A stretch of DNA of 64,000 nucleotides, taken from positions 5,408,001 to 5,472,000 of the forward strand of contig OZ001293.3 of NCBI GenBank assembly GCA_963921275.4, in the 5' to 3' direction. Positions 42,487-53,863 of this stretch are shown in pieces. The notes below the pieces were generated by a model. That model ran no database searches and had not been told where the DNA came from. It saw only the letters and a program-made list of their open reading frames with translations. Each line of letters starts with the position of its first letter. Position 1 is the stretch's first letter. The translations under genes and the position numbers were made by a program. Source of the stretch: an uncultured Hormoscilla sp. GTDB taxonomy: Bacteria; Cyanobacteriota; Cyanobacteriia; Cyanobacteriales; Desertifilaceae.

Positions 42487-43305
42487 ATGAAGAACATTGC
42501 AATAATTGGGTGTGGTTACGTAGGGACAGAAGTGGCCCGCTATTGGCATCAGTTAGGATATGTGCTGACTGTAACCACGACGACACCCGATCGGGTGGCA
42601 GAATTAGAAGCAGTAGCCCAAGGAGTGGTAATTGTCAAAGGAAATGATGCGATCGGGCTGCGATCGGTGTTAGAAAAGCAGGATACAGTGGTGGTGACGG
42701 TGGGTGCTGCTAATCGCCAAATGTATGCAGAAGCGTACCTAGAAACGGCCCAAACTCTCGTATCTGTGCTGAGGGAAGTTCCCAGGGTCAGACAAGTTAT
42801 TTATACGGGAAGTTATGCGGTTTACGGGGACAAAGATGGGGTGTGGGTAGATGAATCATCCCCCGTCGATCCTGCTAACCCAAATGTACAGATTCTCTGC
42901 GATACGGAGGAGGTGTTACTGTCAGCAGCAAGGGAAAACCTGCGGGTTTGTATTCTCCGCCTGGGGGGAATTTACGGTCCCGGACGGGAAATTATCAAGA
43001 TATTTCGTCGCGCTGCTGGTACGACTCGTCCTGGAAAGGGCACAGAGGCAACAAATTGGATTCATTTGGATGATATTGTGGGGGCGATCGCCTTTGCCGA
43101 CGATCAGCAATTGGAAGGCATATACAACTTAGTGGATGACGAACATTTGACCAATAGAGAATTTCTGGACAGGGTATTTGCCAAGCATAGCTTACCGAAT
43201 GTTACTTGGGATGCCAGGAGTAAGCGATCGTATAATGCCTGGGTATCGAATCAGAAGATCAAAGCAGCGGGTTATCAGCTAATTCATCCTCAAAGGATGG
43301 TTTAA
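42487..43305 (+). CDS. NAD-dependent epimerase / atypical SDR (YeeZ-like)
   Basis: IAIIGCGYVG, VYGD, LRLGGIYGPGR, NWIHLDDI. Confidence 0.9.
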   Translation: MKNIAIIGCGYVGTEVARYWHQLGYVLTVTTTTPDRVAELEAVAQGVVIVKGNDAIGLRSVLEKQDTVVVTVGAANRQMYAEAYLETAQTLVSVLREVPRVRQVIYTGSYAVYGDKDGVWVDESSPVDPANPNVQILCDTEEVLLSAARENLRVCILRLGGIYGPGREIIKIFRRAAGTTRPGKGTEATNWIHLDDIVGAIAFADDQQLEGIYNLVDDEHLTNREFLDRVFAKHSLPNVTWDARSKRSYNAWVSNQKIKAAGYQLIHPQRMV

Positions 43306-43466
43306 TGGTATTGTAGAATATGTCAGAATTGAGGAGAGAACCATTAGACCAACTAACGACCAAGCACAATCCCAATACTTCGTAGGCTGACTGCCTGACA
43401 CAAGTGGCTCAAAGCTCGCAATTACGTCGAAAGCGAGAAAAGGGGCAGAGTGCTATGCTTGTGCTA

Positions 43467-44578
43467 GTGGTCTGTCAAGGCAATGATGACGGATAATCTA
43501 ACAGTGTATAAATTCACTTCCATGAAGTCATGCCAGCCAAAAGATATATTGTCTCCCTGACTGTCGATGAGCGCCAAAGTCTAGCAACTTACCAAAATAG
43601 GTAAAGCAGCAGCCAGAAAAATTAATCATGCTCGGATCTTATTAAAAGCAGATATCAACCAACCGAATGGGGGTTGGACAGATCAAGCCATCAGTGATGC
43701 TTTGAATATCAGCACCAGAACGATTGAGAGGGTGAGACAAAGGTTTGTTGAAGAGAGCTTAGAGAACGACCCCTCTCAATCACCACTCATTGAAGCTCTC
43801 TAAGCTAGACGGAGAGGCAGAAGCACATTTAGTAGCACTCGCTTGTTCCAAAGCACCTGAAGGTTATAACCGTTGGACATTACGACTACTTGCAAACCAA
43901 ATGGTGGTGTTAGGATATGTAGAAAGTATTTCTCATGAAACTGTGCGACAAGTGTTAAAAAAAAACCAGCAGCCTTGGTTAAAGGAATGTTGGGTAATTC
44001 CACCTGAAGCGAATGCCTCCTTTGTTTGTCAAATGGAAGAGGTTTTACAAATATACACCAGTACCTATGACTCTGATTATCCGGTAGTTGCTTTGATGAA
44101 AGCTCAAAACAGCTAATTTCAGAAACGAGACAGCAAATCAGCCCCAAACCAGGACAGCTTGAACGTTTTGACTATGAATACCAGCGCGAGGGGTCTGTAA
44201 CATGTTCATGTTTTTTGAGCCTTTAACTGGTTGGAGACATGTAGAAGTAACTGACCGACGCACTCAAATTGACTAGGCTCAACAGATGAAATATTTGGTT
44301 GATGAAGCTTTTCCATTAGCCAAGAAAATTAAAATTGTTCAGGACAACTTAAATACCCATGTGAAAGCGTCTCTTTATCAAGCATTTCAACCGGCTGAAG
44401 CCAGACTGATTCTTGACAAGTTAGAATTTCATTATACCCCCAAGCATGGAATTTGGTTGAATATGGCAGAAATTGAGTTAAGTGTTTTAAGCAGACAATG
44501 CCTTAACCAACGGATTCAAGACAAGGAGCTTTTAATTAAGGAAGTTGCGGCTTGGGAAAAGCGTAGAAATGAAATTTA
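43467..44578 (+). mobile_element. Decayed IS630-family element, 3' end cut by an antisense intron
   Basis: RWTLRLLA, FDYEYQREG, VQDNLNTH, HYTPKHGIWLNMAEIELS in shifting frames. Confidence 0.88.
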
Positions 44579-45150
44579 GTCGGGGTCGAGCCTATTGTCA
44601 CCCCCCAACCTTCCCATTCGGAACCGGACTCTCTTTACCGCATCCGGCTACTGGGAAGCAGGGCATTGTCATTGCTAGGATTACTAAGGATTACTCCCAT
44701 TGTCCCTCATCTCACGAGATTTCTCCCCTTTCCTGGTTGGTAAGTGGCGCTGCCAGATAACCTTAAGTATTACCATTTTTCTTTTCTCTGTTTTACCAGT
44801 CATCCCACCTTCTAGAGGTTTCGGGGCTTCTTAGAGATACTTTTTCCCAAGATTTCCTACTTTCACCAACCCGCGTCTGCATGTTGAGGCAGTCCTCAAC
44901 TTATCCATAGGAATTACCCTAGGCATTAGCTTCTCGGGCTATCTCTCCCCTCGTGGCTTGCGCTATGCGCTGCGCGCACGCTACGCGGACGTACATCTAA
45001 CTGGTTCGGCCCCGTTGAGCCGAACTGCACACAAGAGGTTACTTCGTTCCCTGGTATCATTTCTCGATGCTTTTAAACCCCTGCTATACCCCGGGAGCTA
45101 TTCGAGTGCGATGTTGGCCAGACAATACGCAGAGATATCGAAGTAGCTAT
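44579..45150 (-). ncRNA. 5'-truncated relic of a diverged ORF-less group II intron
   Basis: Reverse complement has CCCAGTAGCCGGATGCGG...GTCCGGTTCCGAA, 3' end CTCGACCCCGAC, and domain I motifs ATAGCTCCCGGGGTATAG and GGGAACGAAGTAACC shared with copies A/B. Confidence 0.85.
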
Positions 45151-45218
45151 TTGGGATTTGGTCCATGACTACAATAAATGTTTATCGGGTTAGTTGTGCC
45201 ATCACTATATGTTTATCA

Positions 45219-45504
45219 CTACCCGTCATCATTAGAGCCGGAGCAAGATTTCAAGGTTAGTCCGTAGCGCTTCAGGGTCTGGTCAAATTGGTCCTTTTCT
45301 ATGTCCAGCTCAATTTCCCCGACTTTAATCTCTGCCTCTTTTCGGTTTGCGGGATTATCTTGCAGTCCTAGGGAAATTCTTTTTTGCTGCCCGCCAAAAA
45401 GAAACCGAGGTAGACGCAGACTGAGCATACCCGAGAATGACCAGACCCCTACCTTTCCTTTGTACTGGTGATTGAGTTTTTTTTTGAGATATTTTCTTTG
45501 TCAT
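45219..45504 (-). pseudogene. Arm-type DNA-binding N-terminal fragment of a tyrosine integrase
   Basis: LRLPR..FGG.QKRISLGL.D.PANRK.AE....EIELDI....FD.TL.RY pattern; no catalytic domain. Confidence 0.7.
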
Positions 45505-45675
45505 GTCAGGTTTGAGTAGGATTATGAAACTCTCCTAAGTTTCCTATCTAAACACCTAGATTCCTTATGTTGTAAGGGTCTCGGGAAAATATTCTCAAAA
45601 GTTTTACTATTTTCCAGCCCGCGCTGGCGGGCTTTGTTCGGTAGGGCTACTACAAACCTGGACTACAAACTTGGA

Positions 45676-46998
45676 CTACGAGTCTACTGGCACCCGCTGC
45701 AATTTAGCGCCCAACTGTTGCAGCTTCAGATCCAGCCTCTCATAACCCCGATCCATGTGATGTAACCCCTCAATCCGAGTTGTTCCTTCTGCGGCCAGTC
45801 CTGCTAGCACCAATGCCGCCGAAGCCCTTAAATCCGTTGCTACCACTGGCGCACCTGATAACATCGGCACTCCCCGGATCGCAGCATTATTTCCTTTCAC
45901 TCGAATATCTGCCCCCATGCGATTTAACTCCGCTGCGTGACGCATCCGGTTCTCAAACACCGTTTCCGTCATCACGCAACTCCCCTGAGACAAGCTCAGT
46001 AATGCCATAAATGGAGCTTGCATATCCGTAGGAAAACCTGGATAGGGCTGAGTTTCAATGTCCGTGGCCTGGTGATTTTCTGCTGGCACGATTCGCAGCT
46101 GGTTGGGAGCTTCTGCGATCGTTTCTGCCCCCATAGCTTGCAGTTTCGCGATTATGGGGGTGATATGCTCTGGCACCACTGGAGCTAAACTGATGGGTGA
46201 GTGGGTAATTGCCCCTGCTATTAAAAATGTCCCTGTCTCAATCCGATCGGGAATGATTGTGTAATCTGTCGAGTGGAGTTTGACTACACCTGAGATGGCG
46301 ATCTTTTTCGTCCCCGCACCCTGAATTTTCGCCCCCATTGACTGACAGAAAGCCGCCAAATCTATCACTTCGGGCTCTTGAGCCGCATTTTCGATCGTCG
46401 TTTCCCCCTCTGCTAGGGTAGCAGCCATCATCAAGGTTTCCGTCGCCCCCACGCTAGGGTAATCTAGATATATTTTGGCACCTTTTAATCCTCCTGGAGG
46501 GGCATAGGCATGGACCATCCCGCCATCGATTTGCACCGTCGCCCCCATCCCTTGCAAACCCCTGACATGGAAGTCCACTGGCCGCGCACCGATCTCGCAG
46601 CCCCCTGGTAGGGGAACCCGGGCTAATCCCAGGCGAGCTAGGATCGGTCCTATACAGAAGAAACTGGCTCTCAGCTGGCTGACTATTTCGTAGGGAGCGC
46701 GATCGGAGCTAATCTGACTGGCATTGATATCCAAAATATCCCCCTGCCGTTCGATTTTTACTCCCAAAGCTTCCAGTATTTGACTCATCCGATTTACGTC
46801 CACCAGGGATGGTACATTCCGCAGACGACAATTTTCCGGACAAAGCAATGCTCCCGCCACGATCGCCAGGGCGGCGTTTTTGGCCCCGCTGATTTTTACC
46901 TGTCCCTGTAATTGGGATTTCCCCCAAATCTCCAACACTGACTGATCGGCCTCCAATGCTTCTCCGGGGGGGGTTGATAGTTTCTGCGTGGGATTAAT
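45676..46998 (-). CDS. murA: UDP-N-acetylglucosamine 1-carboxyvinyltransferase (probable ATT start; alternative TTG at 46956)
   Basis: [45 protein letters not shown]. Confidence 0.96.
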   Translation of the reverse strand: MNPTQKLSTPPGEALEADQSVLEIWGKSQLQGQVKISGAKNAALAIVAGALLCPENCRLRNVPSLVDVNRMSQILEALGVKIERQGDILDINASQISSDRAPYEIVSQLRASFFCIGPILARLGLARVPLPGGCEIGARPVDFHVRGLQGMGATVQIDGGMVHAYAPPGGLKGAKIYLDYPSVGATETLMMAATLAEGETTIENAAQEPEVIDLAAFCQSMGAKIQGAGTKKIAISGVVKLHSTDYTIIPDRIETGTFLIAGAITHSPISLAPVVPEHITPIIAKLQAMGAETIAEAPNQLRIVPAENHQATDIETQPYPGFPTDMQAPFMALLSLSQGSCVMTETVFENRMRHAAELNRMGADIRVKGNNAAIRGVPMLSGAPVVATDLRASAALVLAGLAAEGTTRIEGLHHMDRGYERLDLKLQQLGAKLQRVPVDS

Positions 46999-47530
46999 AG
47001 GTCTATCCTCCGTTACTTAACTTTATCTGTACCATAACTTTTCTCTTCGCTTCTGATTCTACCGGAAAACTTGCATAACGGGACTTTGAGATTTTCTCAG
47101 GCAAAAAACGGCTTCTTAGCTTACCGGGTGTGGGTTTTACGTCGAAGGGTATCAAATGGCAGCAAACCCGCTCCCCTGGGTCGAGGGAGACCAGGGAGAC
47201 CCCACTGTGGCTCTGTGAAAGGGTTTGATGTCATTTTACGCCTATTTTTTCTCAAAGTCCCGATAAAAATGTCTTGACGCCTTTCATTCTGACTATCTGT
47301 GCATTCCCAGATCGGTGCTGTGATCGCCAACCGCTACCACTCCCTCACCCTAAAGGGTGAGGCTAAACAAACAAAGCCCGCCTGCGCGGGCTAGATTACA
47401 TTAAAGAGATAGTCCCGATCGGGTCAAACATGGGTGGCCTGAAAACTATGCTGGGAGGCAGGAGATCGCCTATCGCCTTGAGCGAACGCCACCGATATTT
47501 TAACCTCCCCAGTGAGTCAGAGCAACTCTC

Positions 47531-47859
47531 AGAGATACTCAACGCGACCACTCATCTCTTCGAGCGTAAATTTCTCATAAATTCAGGCGACGGATGATTT
47601 GACCAATCGATCAAGTCCTCTGCTGACAATAGGCGATACCGGGATGTTCGCTAGTGCGGCTAGCAATGCGATGTAAGTCATCATCATGAGTAACGATTAC
47701 GCGCTGTTCTTGGCGGGCAAACTCTAAATGTGCTTCATCCACCTGTGTGCGCAACCCCGCCTCAACTGTTGTTGTCACATCGATGCCGTGACGACGCAAC
47801 CCAATAGCAATAGCAGAGTCTACCTGTTCGTCTAGGTGAAAGCGAAGGCGCGTACTCAT
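47531..47859 (-). pseudogene. DUF5615 PIN-like toxin with a premature stop at 47611
   Basis: RFHLDEQV, GIDVTTT, VIVTHDDD, HPGI; frame continues to RVEYL. Confidence 0.78.
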
Positions 47860-48164
47860 AAGAGCTGTTTCCTCCGTTTTTCCTCCAGAGGCGAGGAATG
47901 AGTACGCTTAAACTCTTCGACAAATGCTTCTCCTTCTGCCGCGCGTCGGTCAATTTTTTCCCGATGATCGTAATAGTATACCATTGCCGCATGAATTGAT
48001 GCCAGGGATAGATCGTATCTGCCCGCAATTTCTTCTACCGATTGCCCCATCCGCAAATACATATCCGCGATCGCTATCACTGACAGGCGCGTACCAGCAA
48101 TACGCGGTTTCCCGAAACATACATCCAGAGTAATTTCAATATGTTCTGAGATTACCGAGTCTAT
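47856..48164 (-). CDS. DUF433 antitoxin (apparent start is ATA; may be inactivated)
   Basis: GKPRIAGTR, SVEEIA..YDLSLASIHAAMVYYYDH; AGGAG RBS upstream of ATA. Confidence 0.75.
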   Translation of the reverse strand: MDSVISEHIEITLDVCFGKPRIAGTRLSVIAIADMYLRMGQSVEEIAGRYDLSLASIHAAMVYYYDHREKIDRRAAEGEAFVEEFKRTHSSPLEEKRRKQLL

Positions 48165-48290
48165 AACTCTCCTGACTTAGTTTACACCGATTACACTCAT
48201 CTCCTCTATCCTACCACAAAAACATTGCGATCGTCAGTTGTGATTTGTCAGTTGTTGGTTGTCAGTTGTTGGTTATCAGTTGTTGGTTGT

Positions 48291-50380
48291 CAGGGCTACC
48301 AACTTAAGCCGGGACAGTCAGTCTGGGTAAGGGATTCGGCGGTTGTGCTAAAGATAACTGTCGTGGTCGGGGGAGTTCACCCATATGGTCTACCACCCAC
48401 TCTGAGAGATTTGGAAAAGAATGCCCAAATATTCCTTGTGCAGGCGTGCTACCATCCGCTCGTCTGATGTCAAAATTGTGGATGAGGGTAAGCACGGCTA
48501 AAGTTTGAACAGAGAAACCGCGAGAGCTATGATGGATACCAGACAAATAGCCATTGTGCCCTTCCACGGCTGAGGTGGTGCGTTGATATTTAAGAGCGAT
48601 CCAGTTTGCCCACTCTACCCACTGTTGATGCTTCGCCGCCTCTAATTGTTGAGTGAGAGGGTGAGCAAGCAAGCGCTCCTTGGCTTGCTCCGCAGCCACC
48701 TGATAGACAAGTTTGACTCATTTTTGTCTAGTTTTGTCTGCTTGTTGATGCCAATAGGCCCAGGGCAACAAAAGTTCCACCACCCACTGCTGCAACTCTA
48801 AATCGTCAGTTTTGGCATGGAGCGCTTCGCTGACCCAGCGCACAAGAGCATGAATTCCTTCAGCAAAGGAAGGAATGTGTCGTTCAAAGGTATCAATGGC
48901 GGTTTGGGCTTTGTTGATGCCGTAGCGCATCGCCAGGGAACGCAGCTGTGAGAGGGAAGAACTCAGACAACTAGATAGTTCCGGCCTCAGTTGCCAGCCA
49001 AGGAGTGGTAATGTTAAACGGATGAATCGCCTGGGTGATGGCATGGAGGGTCTGGTGATAGGTGATCTGGGTGGACTTCCATTGCTTGCCGCTGCATAGT
49101 GAGCTGTTCTAGCAGCTCCATGAGTTGAGTACCCTTGGTCTCATTGATAGTCTTGGCCAATTGCTCGCTCAGTTTTTGAAGAAAGTTTTTTCAGTTGGCT
49201 GAGCTGACTACCAATTGCACTGCCCAAGGGTTGGCCTAAATCGCGTAGGGCATGAAACAAGTCCGGCACGCTGGTACAGCTCAAGCCTTCTAGGGCCAGT
49301 TTAATCAGTGATGAAAGCTCCATCACTGACCATGAAGTGACAGTGCCATCCCGCCGTTCGTCCACCACGATTGAATTTGCTGTTGCCACGTTTCGTAGGG
49401 CGTGTCATCAATTAAGCCATATTACAGCTGCCGCGAGGTAGATGGCACCCAAGAAATTGCGAGCGGTTTTATCGTAGCGTGTCGCCAGAGCCCTGTATTG
49501 CTTGAGTTTTTGGAATAGATTTTCAATTAGATGCCGCCACTTGTACATTTCTTCATCGTATTCTCTGTGTTCTGTGCGGTTACTTTTTGGAGGAATGACA
49601 GCCATCCAATCCGCCTCTTTCAGGCGCTCGAGCACACGTTGTTCCGCATCATAGGCTTTATCTGCAAGCAGCGCGCCAATCTCACCGATTTTATCCAATA
49701 GCACGTCAGCGCCTTTCCCGTCGTGGGCTTGGCCAGGGGTAAGATGAAATCCTGTGGGATTGCCTTGGGCAATCGCAAGTGGCATGAATCTTTGTCGATA
49801 GTCCCCCTTTACTACGGCCTATGGCTTGGGTTTCGCACGTATCTGAGGGTGTTTTTTTTTGCACCCGCACGCTCGTTGATGGGCACGCAGGATGGTGGCA
49901 TCAATCGCGGCGTATTCGTTATCGGCGTCTGAGGCCAAGACATCGAATACCTGCTTCCAAACTCCCTTTTCAGACCAACGGGTATGGCGGGTATGAACAA
50001 CCCGAAAATCCCCAAAACACTCCGGTAAATCCCGCCAGGGAATGCCAGCACGATATCGATATAACACGGCAGAACACGAATAATCTATTGTTCTTGGCTG
50101 TAGCGCCTGGGTCACCCTCTTTACCAGGTAAAAGGTGTTCGATCCGTTCCCACTGGTCGTCTCGCAAGCCATAGCGTCTCATATCATGCCCTCTTGATTG
50201 TTATTGCTGGATAAGGACTCCATACCGTATCCATCTATTTCTGTTAAGCAATTTGATTGATGACACACCCTAGGTACGATTGTCACTTTCGACAAGGCGT
50301 GAAAATGTAGCCACGCTCTCAATTCCACCGAAAAACCTGCTTTCTGGTTTCCTGCGCGAATATGCCAGCAGCTTTCATTG
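48291..50380 (-). mobile_element. Decayed DUF6399-type transposase-like element interrupted by IS5
   Basis: QRTTSAVEGHNGYLS, HNFDIRRADGSTPA, SVPDLFHA fragments. Confidence 0.65.
49398..50270 (-). mobile_element. IS5-family (IS427-like) element, frameshifted
   Basis: IRs GGGCGTGTCATCAA / TTGATGACACACCC with TA duplication; [25 protein letters not shown]. Confidence 0.92.
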
Positions 50381-50528
50381 AGATGCGGGAGGGATCTCTA
50401 GAGGTCTAGAACGTCGGTCAGAAACCAGGTTTCTTTTGTCAGAGTATTGATATTTCGTTGATGGCCGCACCATAAACCCGGTTTCTAGCTTCTACTTGAC
50501 GGATGTCCTAGGCGCTTTCGCGCCTGGC

Positions 50529-50611
50529 AAGCACTAAAGTGCTTACTACGAACCCGGAAGCACTAAAGTGCTTACTACGAACCCGGAAGCACTAAAGTGC
50601 TTACTACGAAC
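50529..50611. repeat. REP-like 29-bp hairpin repeat x3
   Basis: AAGCAC-TAAA-GTGCTTACTACGAACCCGG. Confidence 0.9.
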
Positions 50612-50667
50612 GGCAAGTTTATTGCTACACTTGGCTCAGGACTGTAACAGACGATCGTAGTTAAGAT

Positions 50668-52239
50668 ATGTTTTGGGCTGACAAAATCGCGACAGACGCA
50701 CAAGGCGACCAAGTAGTCAACGACTCCAAGACCCCCTCGGGCCGGGTTCATGTGGGATCCTTGCGGGGTGTAGTCATTCACGAGGTGATCTACCGGGCAT
50801 TGAAACAGGCGGCCAAACCTGCTAAGTTCCTATATGGCTGCGATGACTATGACGCCCTGGATACAGTACCTAAATATCTGGACCAGAGCAAGTTTGCCCC
50901 TTATCTAGGCTTTCCCCTCTGCAACGTGCCCTCCCCAGGAGACAGCGCTAGCGATTACGCGAAGTATTTCATGGGTGAGTTCCTGGAAGTGTTTGACTAT
51001 CTGGGCATTAAGCCAGAAGTATACTACCTGCGAGACCTCTATCGGACGGGGAAGCTGAACAATTATATAGATAAGTTTCTGCAAAATGCCCATCTGGTCA
51101 GAGAAGTATACAAACAGGTGTCTAAGGCAGAACGGGCCGAGAACTGGTATCCCTTTCAGGCGATCTGTGAGAATTGCGGCAAAATTGCCACCACCGCCGT
51201 CACGGACTACAATGGTTCGGAAGTATTTTACACTTGCCAGCCGGACGGGACAGATTGGGTGCAAGGTTGCGGGCATTCCGGTTGGGTTTCCTCCTTTGAT
51301 GGCAACGGCAAGCTGCCCTGGAAGGTAGAATGGGTGGCAAAATGGGATTTGTTGGGGGTGACGATCGAGCTAGCAGGTAAGGACCACTCCCAAAAAGGCG
51401 GTTCCAGGGATGTGGCAAACGGCATCTGCCGAAAGGTGTTACAAAAACAACCGCCGTTCCATTCTCCTTATGAATTTATCCTCGTGAACGGCACCAAGAT
51501 GAGTTCGTCTAAGGGTGTAGGTTCTTCCGCTAAGGAGATGGCAGCATTATTACCGGCCGAACAACTGCGGTTTTTGATGCTGCGGACTCAACCCAAAACG
51601 GCGATTAATTTTGCCCCCAACTATGAAACCATCACTCGCCTGTTCCGAGATTATGATACTCTTAATAGTAAGTATCAAGAACGGCCAGAGTTGTCTCAAG
51701 AGCTAATGCCCCTCTTTTATTCCCAGTTGGACTCCGAGATTAAAACTTACCAGCCCTTTGAGTTGAGCACGATTATTTCCCTGTTGCAAATTCCCCGTCT
51801 GGAAATCAAGCAAGAAGTGGCCAAACGGATCGGCAAACCCTTGAGTGAGTTTGACTGGAACATATTAAACCAAAGAATCGCTGTGGCCCAAAAATGGCTG
51901 GCGGATTATGCTGATGAAGAGGAAAAGCTGGTAATATATTGGGATGCGGTGCCCGAACAGGCCCGATCTCTCGCGGCAGAACAGCTGACATACCTGAGTA
52001 AGTTAGCAGAAAAGTTGTCGGCGGCGACAACCTGGGATGCAGAAGATTTGCAAACCACGATCTTTGCCACGGCCAAAGAGTTGGAGATTAAACTCAATGT
52101 GGCTTTTCCGGCAATCTACTTGTCCTTGCTCGGCAAGGAACGGGGTCCGAAAGCAGGAGGACTGCTGTCATACTTGGAAAAAGAGTTCGCGATCGCGAGA
52201 ATAAAAGAGGTAATATCAAATCAGATTGAATACCCATAA
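50668..52239 (+). CDS. lysS: Lysine--tRNA ligase, class I
   Basis: FWAD start, TPSGRVHVGSLR (HIGH-like), CxxC zinc knuckle, GKLPWKVEW, GKDH, KMSSSKG, GKERGPK. Confidence 0.93.
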   Translation: MFWADKIATDAQGDQVVNDSKTPSGRVHVGSLRGVVIHEVIYRALKQAAKPAKFLYGCDDYDALDTVPKYLDQSKFAPYLGFPLCNVPSPGDSASDYAKYFMGEFLEVFDYLGIKPEVYYLRDLYRTGKLNNYIDKFLQNAHLVREVYKQVSKAERAENWYPFQAICENCGKIATTAVTDYNGSEVFYTCQPDGTDWVQGCGHSGWVSSFDGNGKLPWKVEWVAKWDLLGVTIELAGKDHSQKGGSRDVANGICRKVLQKQPPFHSPYEFILVNGTKMSSSKGVGSSAKEMAALLPAEQLRFLMLRTQPKTAINFAPNYETITRLFRDYDTLNSKYQERPELSQELMPLFYSQLDSEIKTYQPFELSTIISLLQIPRLEIKQEVAKRIGKPLSEFDWNILNQRIAVAQKWLADYADEEEKLVIYWDAVPEQARSLAAEQLTYLSKLAEKLSAATTWDAEDLQTTIFATAKELEIKLNVAFPAIYLSLLGKERGPKAGGLLSYLEKEFAIARIKEVISNQIEYP

Positions 52240-52369
52240 TAAAAAATTCCCAAGTTGTAGGTTTGGTTTCGTGCCTCAACCCAATCGGTTGCTGGCTTTT
52301 GCTGACGATATCGATGGTGAGAGTCTGGTTTTATTAATTGTGGGGAATTCCCCGGATTTGATCTAATAG

Positions 52370-52501
52370 GTTCGTAGTGAGGACTTCAGTCCTCAAGCAG
52401 TTAGGGGTGAGGGAAGGACTAAAGTCCTTACTACGAACGGAGGGAAGGACTTTAGTCCTTACTATGAACGGAGGGAAGGACTAAAGTGCTTACTACGAAC
52501 G
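52370..52501. repeat. REP-like hairpin repeats, 3 direct and 1 inverted
   Basis: GGAAGGAC-TAAA-GTCCTTACTACGAACGGAG units. Confidence 0.85.
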
Positions 52502-52528
52502 AGGAGAACGAACAATGAGCAATTGACA

Positions 52529-53863
52529 ATGAGCAAGAAACCAAAGATAATAGTAATAGATGACGACCCCACAGGTTCTCAAACAGTACATAGCTGCTTG
52601 CTGCTGTTGCGGTGGGATGTGGAAACTTTGCAGTTGGGACTTGCTGATGAAGCGCCGATCTTCTTTGTGCTGACGAATACCCGGGCCCTGACACCAGAAA
52701 AAGCTGAGGCGGTGACCTCAATTGTATGCCAGAATCTTAAAGAGGCGATCGCCCTAGAAGGAATAGAAGATTTCCTCGTAGTCAGTCGTTCGGACTCTAC
52801 CCTGCGGGGACATTATCCGATAGAAACGGATGTCATAGCAGCAGAAGTCGGTCCCTTCGACGCCCATTTTCTGGTGCCAGCATTCTTTGAAGGAGGGCGC
52901 ATAACCCGGGATAGCATACATTACCTGACGGCAAACGGCGTCGAGACGCCAGTACATGAAACAGAATTTGCCCGAGATTCAGTTTTTGGCTACCATAACT
53001 CCTATCTCCCAGATTATGTAGAGAAAAAGACAAAAGGAAAAATTCCTGCCGACAAGGTAGAAAAATTTTTACTGGCAGATATTCGCAGCGGTACTCAGTC
53101 GCGCCTGATGCAACTGGAAAAGAACCAATGTGTAGTAGTGGATGGGGAAACCCAAGGAGACTTAGATAAGTTTGCCGCTGATGTCCTGGCAACAGCAGCT
53201 AAGGGGAAACGTTTTCTATTTAGAAGTGCAGCGAGTATTTTAACCTCTCTGGCAGCATTACCACCACAACCAGTAATGCCCACACATATGAATCAATATG
53301 TGCGGGAAGGCAAACCGGGTATAGCGATAGTGGGTTCCCACGTGAAAAAAACTAGCCAGCAGTTAGAACGTTTGCTGCCCCAACCAGGTATAGTAGGGAT
53401 TGAGGTGAAGGTTACCGATCTGCTAACAGAGTCGGCAGGACAACGAGAGGAATTGTTGGATGAGACCCTCATCAAGGTGCGGCAAGTCCATGGCACGGGG
53501 AAAACACCGGTAGTATATACGAGTCGCGAGGAAATTACCTTCTCAGATGTACAGACTAGGTTAGAATTTGGGGCAGCAGTCTCGGGTTTGCTGATGGATA
53601 TCCTGCGGGGTCTGCCAATGGATATCGGTTATTTGATTAGTAAGGGTGGCATTACCTCTAATGATACCTTATCCAAAGGTCTGCTGTTACAATCGGCAAG
53701 GCTACTGGGTCAAATTATCCCCGGATGTTCGATGGTCCGTACACCCATAAACCATCCTCAATTTCCCAATTTGCCAGTAGTGCTGTTTCCTGGTAATGTC
53801 GGAGATGCAGACGCGCTGGTCACAGTTTACGAACGGTTGATGGTTGATGGCAATGAACAATGA
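52529..53863 (+). CDS. Four-carbon acid sugar kinase family (DUF1537)
   Basis: DDDPTG, RSDSTLRGH, VGSHV..T, KGGITS, FPGNVG. Confidence 0.9.
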   Translation: MSKKPKIIVIDDDPTGSQTVHSCLLLLRWDVETLQLGLADEAPIFFVLTNTRALTPEKAEAVTSIVCQNLKEAIALEGIEDFLVVSRSDSTLRGHYPIETDVIAAEVGPFDAHFLVPAFFEGGRITRDSIHYLTANGVETPVHETEFARDSVFGYHNSYLPDYVEKKTKGKIPADKVEKFLLADIRSGTQSRLMQLEKNQCVVVDGETQGDLDKFAADVLATAAKGKRFLFRSAASILTSLAALPPQPVMPTHMNQYVREGKPGIAIVGSHVKKTSQQLERLLPQPGIVGIEVKVTDLLTESAGQREELLDETLIKVRQVHGTGKTPVVYTSREEITFSDVQTRLEFGAAVSGLLMDILRGLPMDIGYLISKGGITSNDTLSKGLLLQSARLLGQIIPGCSMVRTPINHPQFPNLPVVLFPGNVGDADALVTVYERLMVDGNEQ

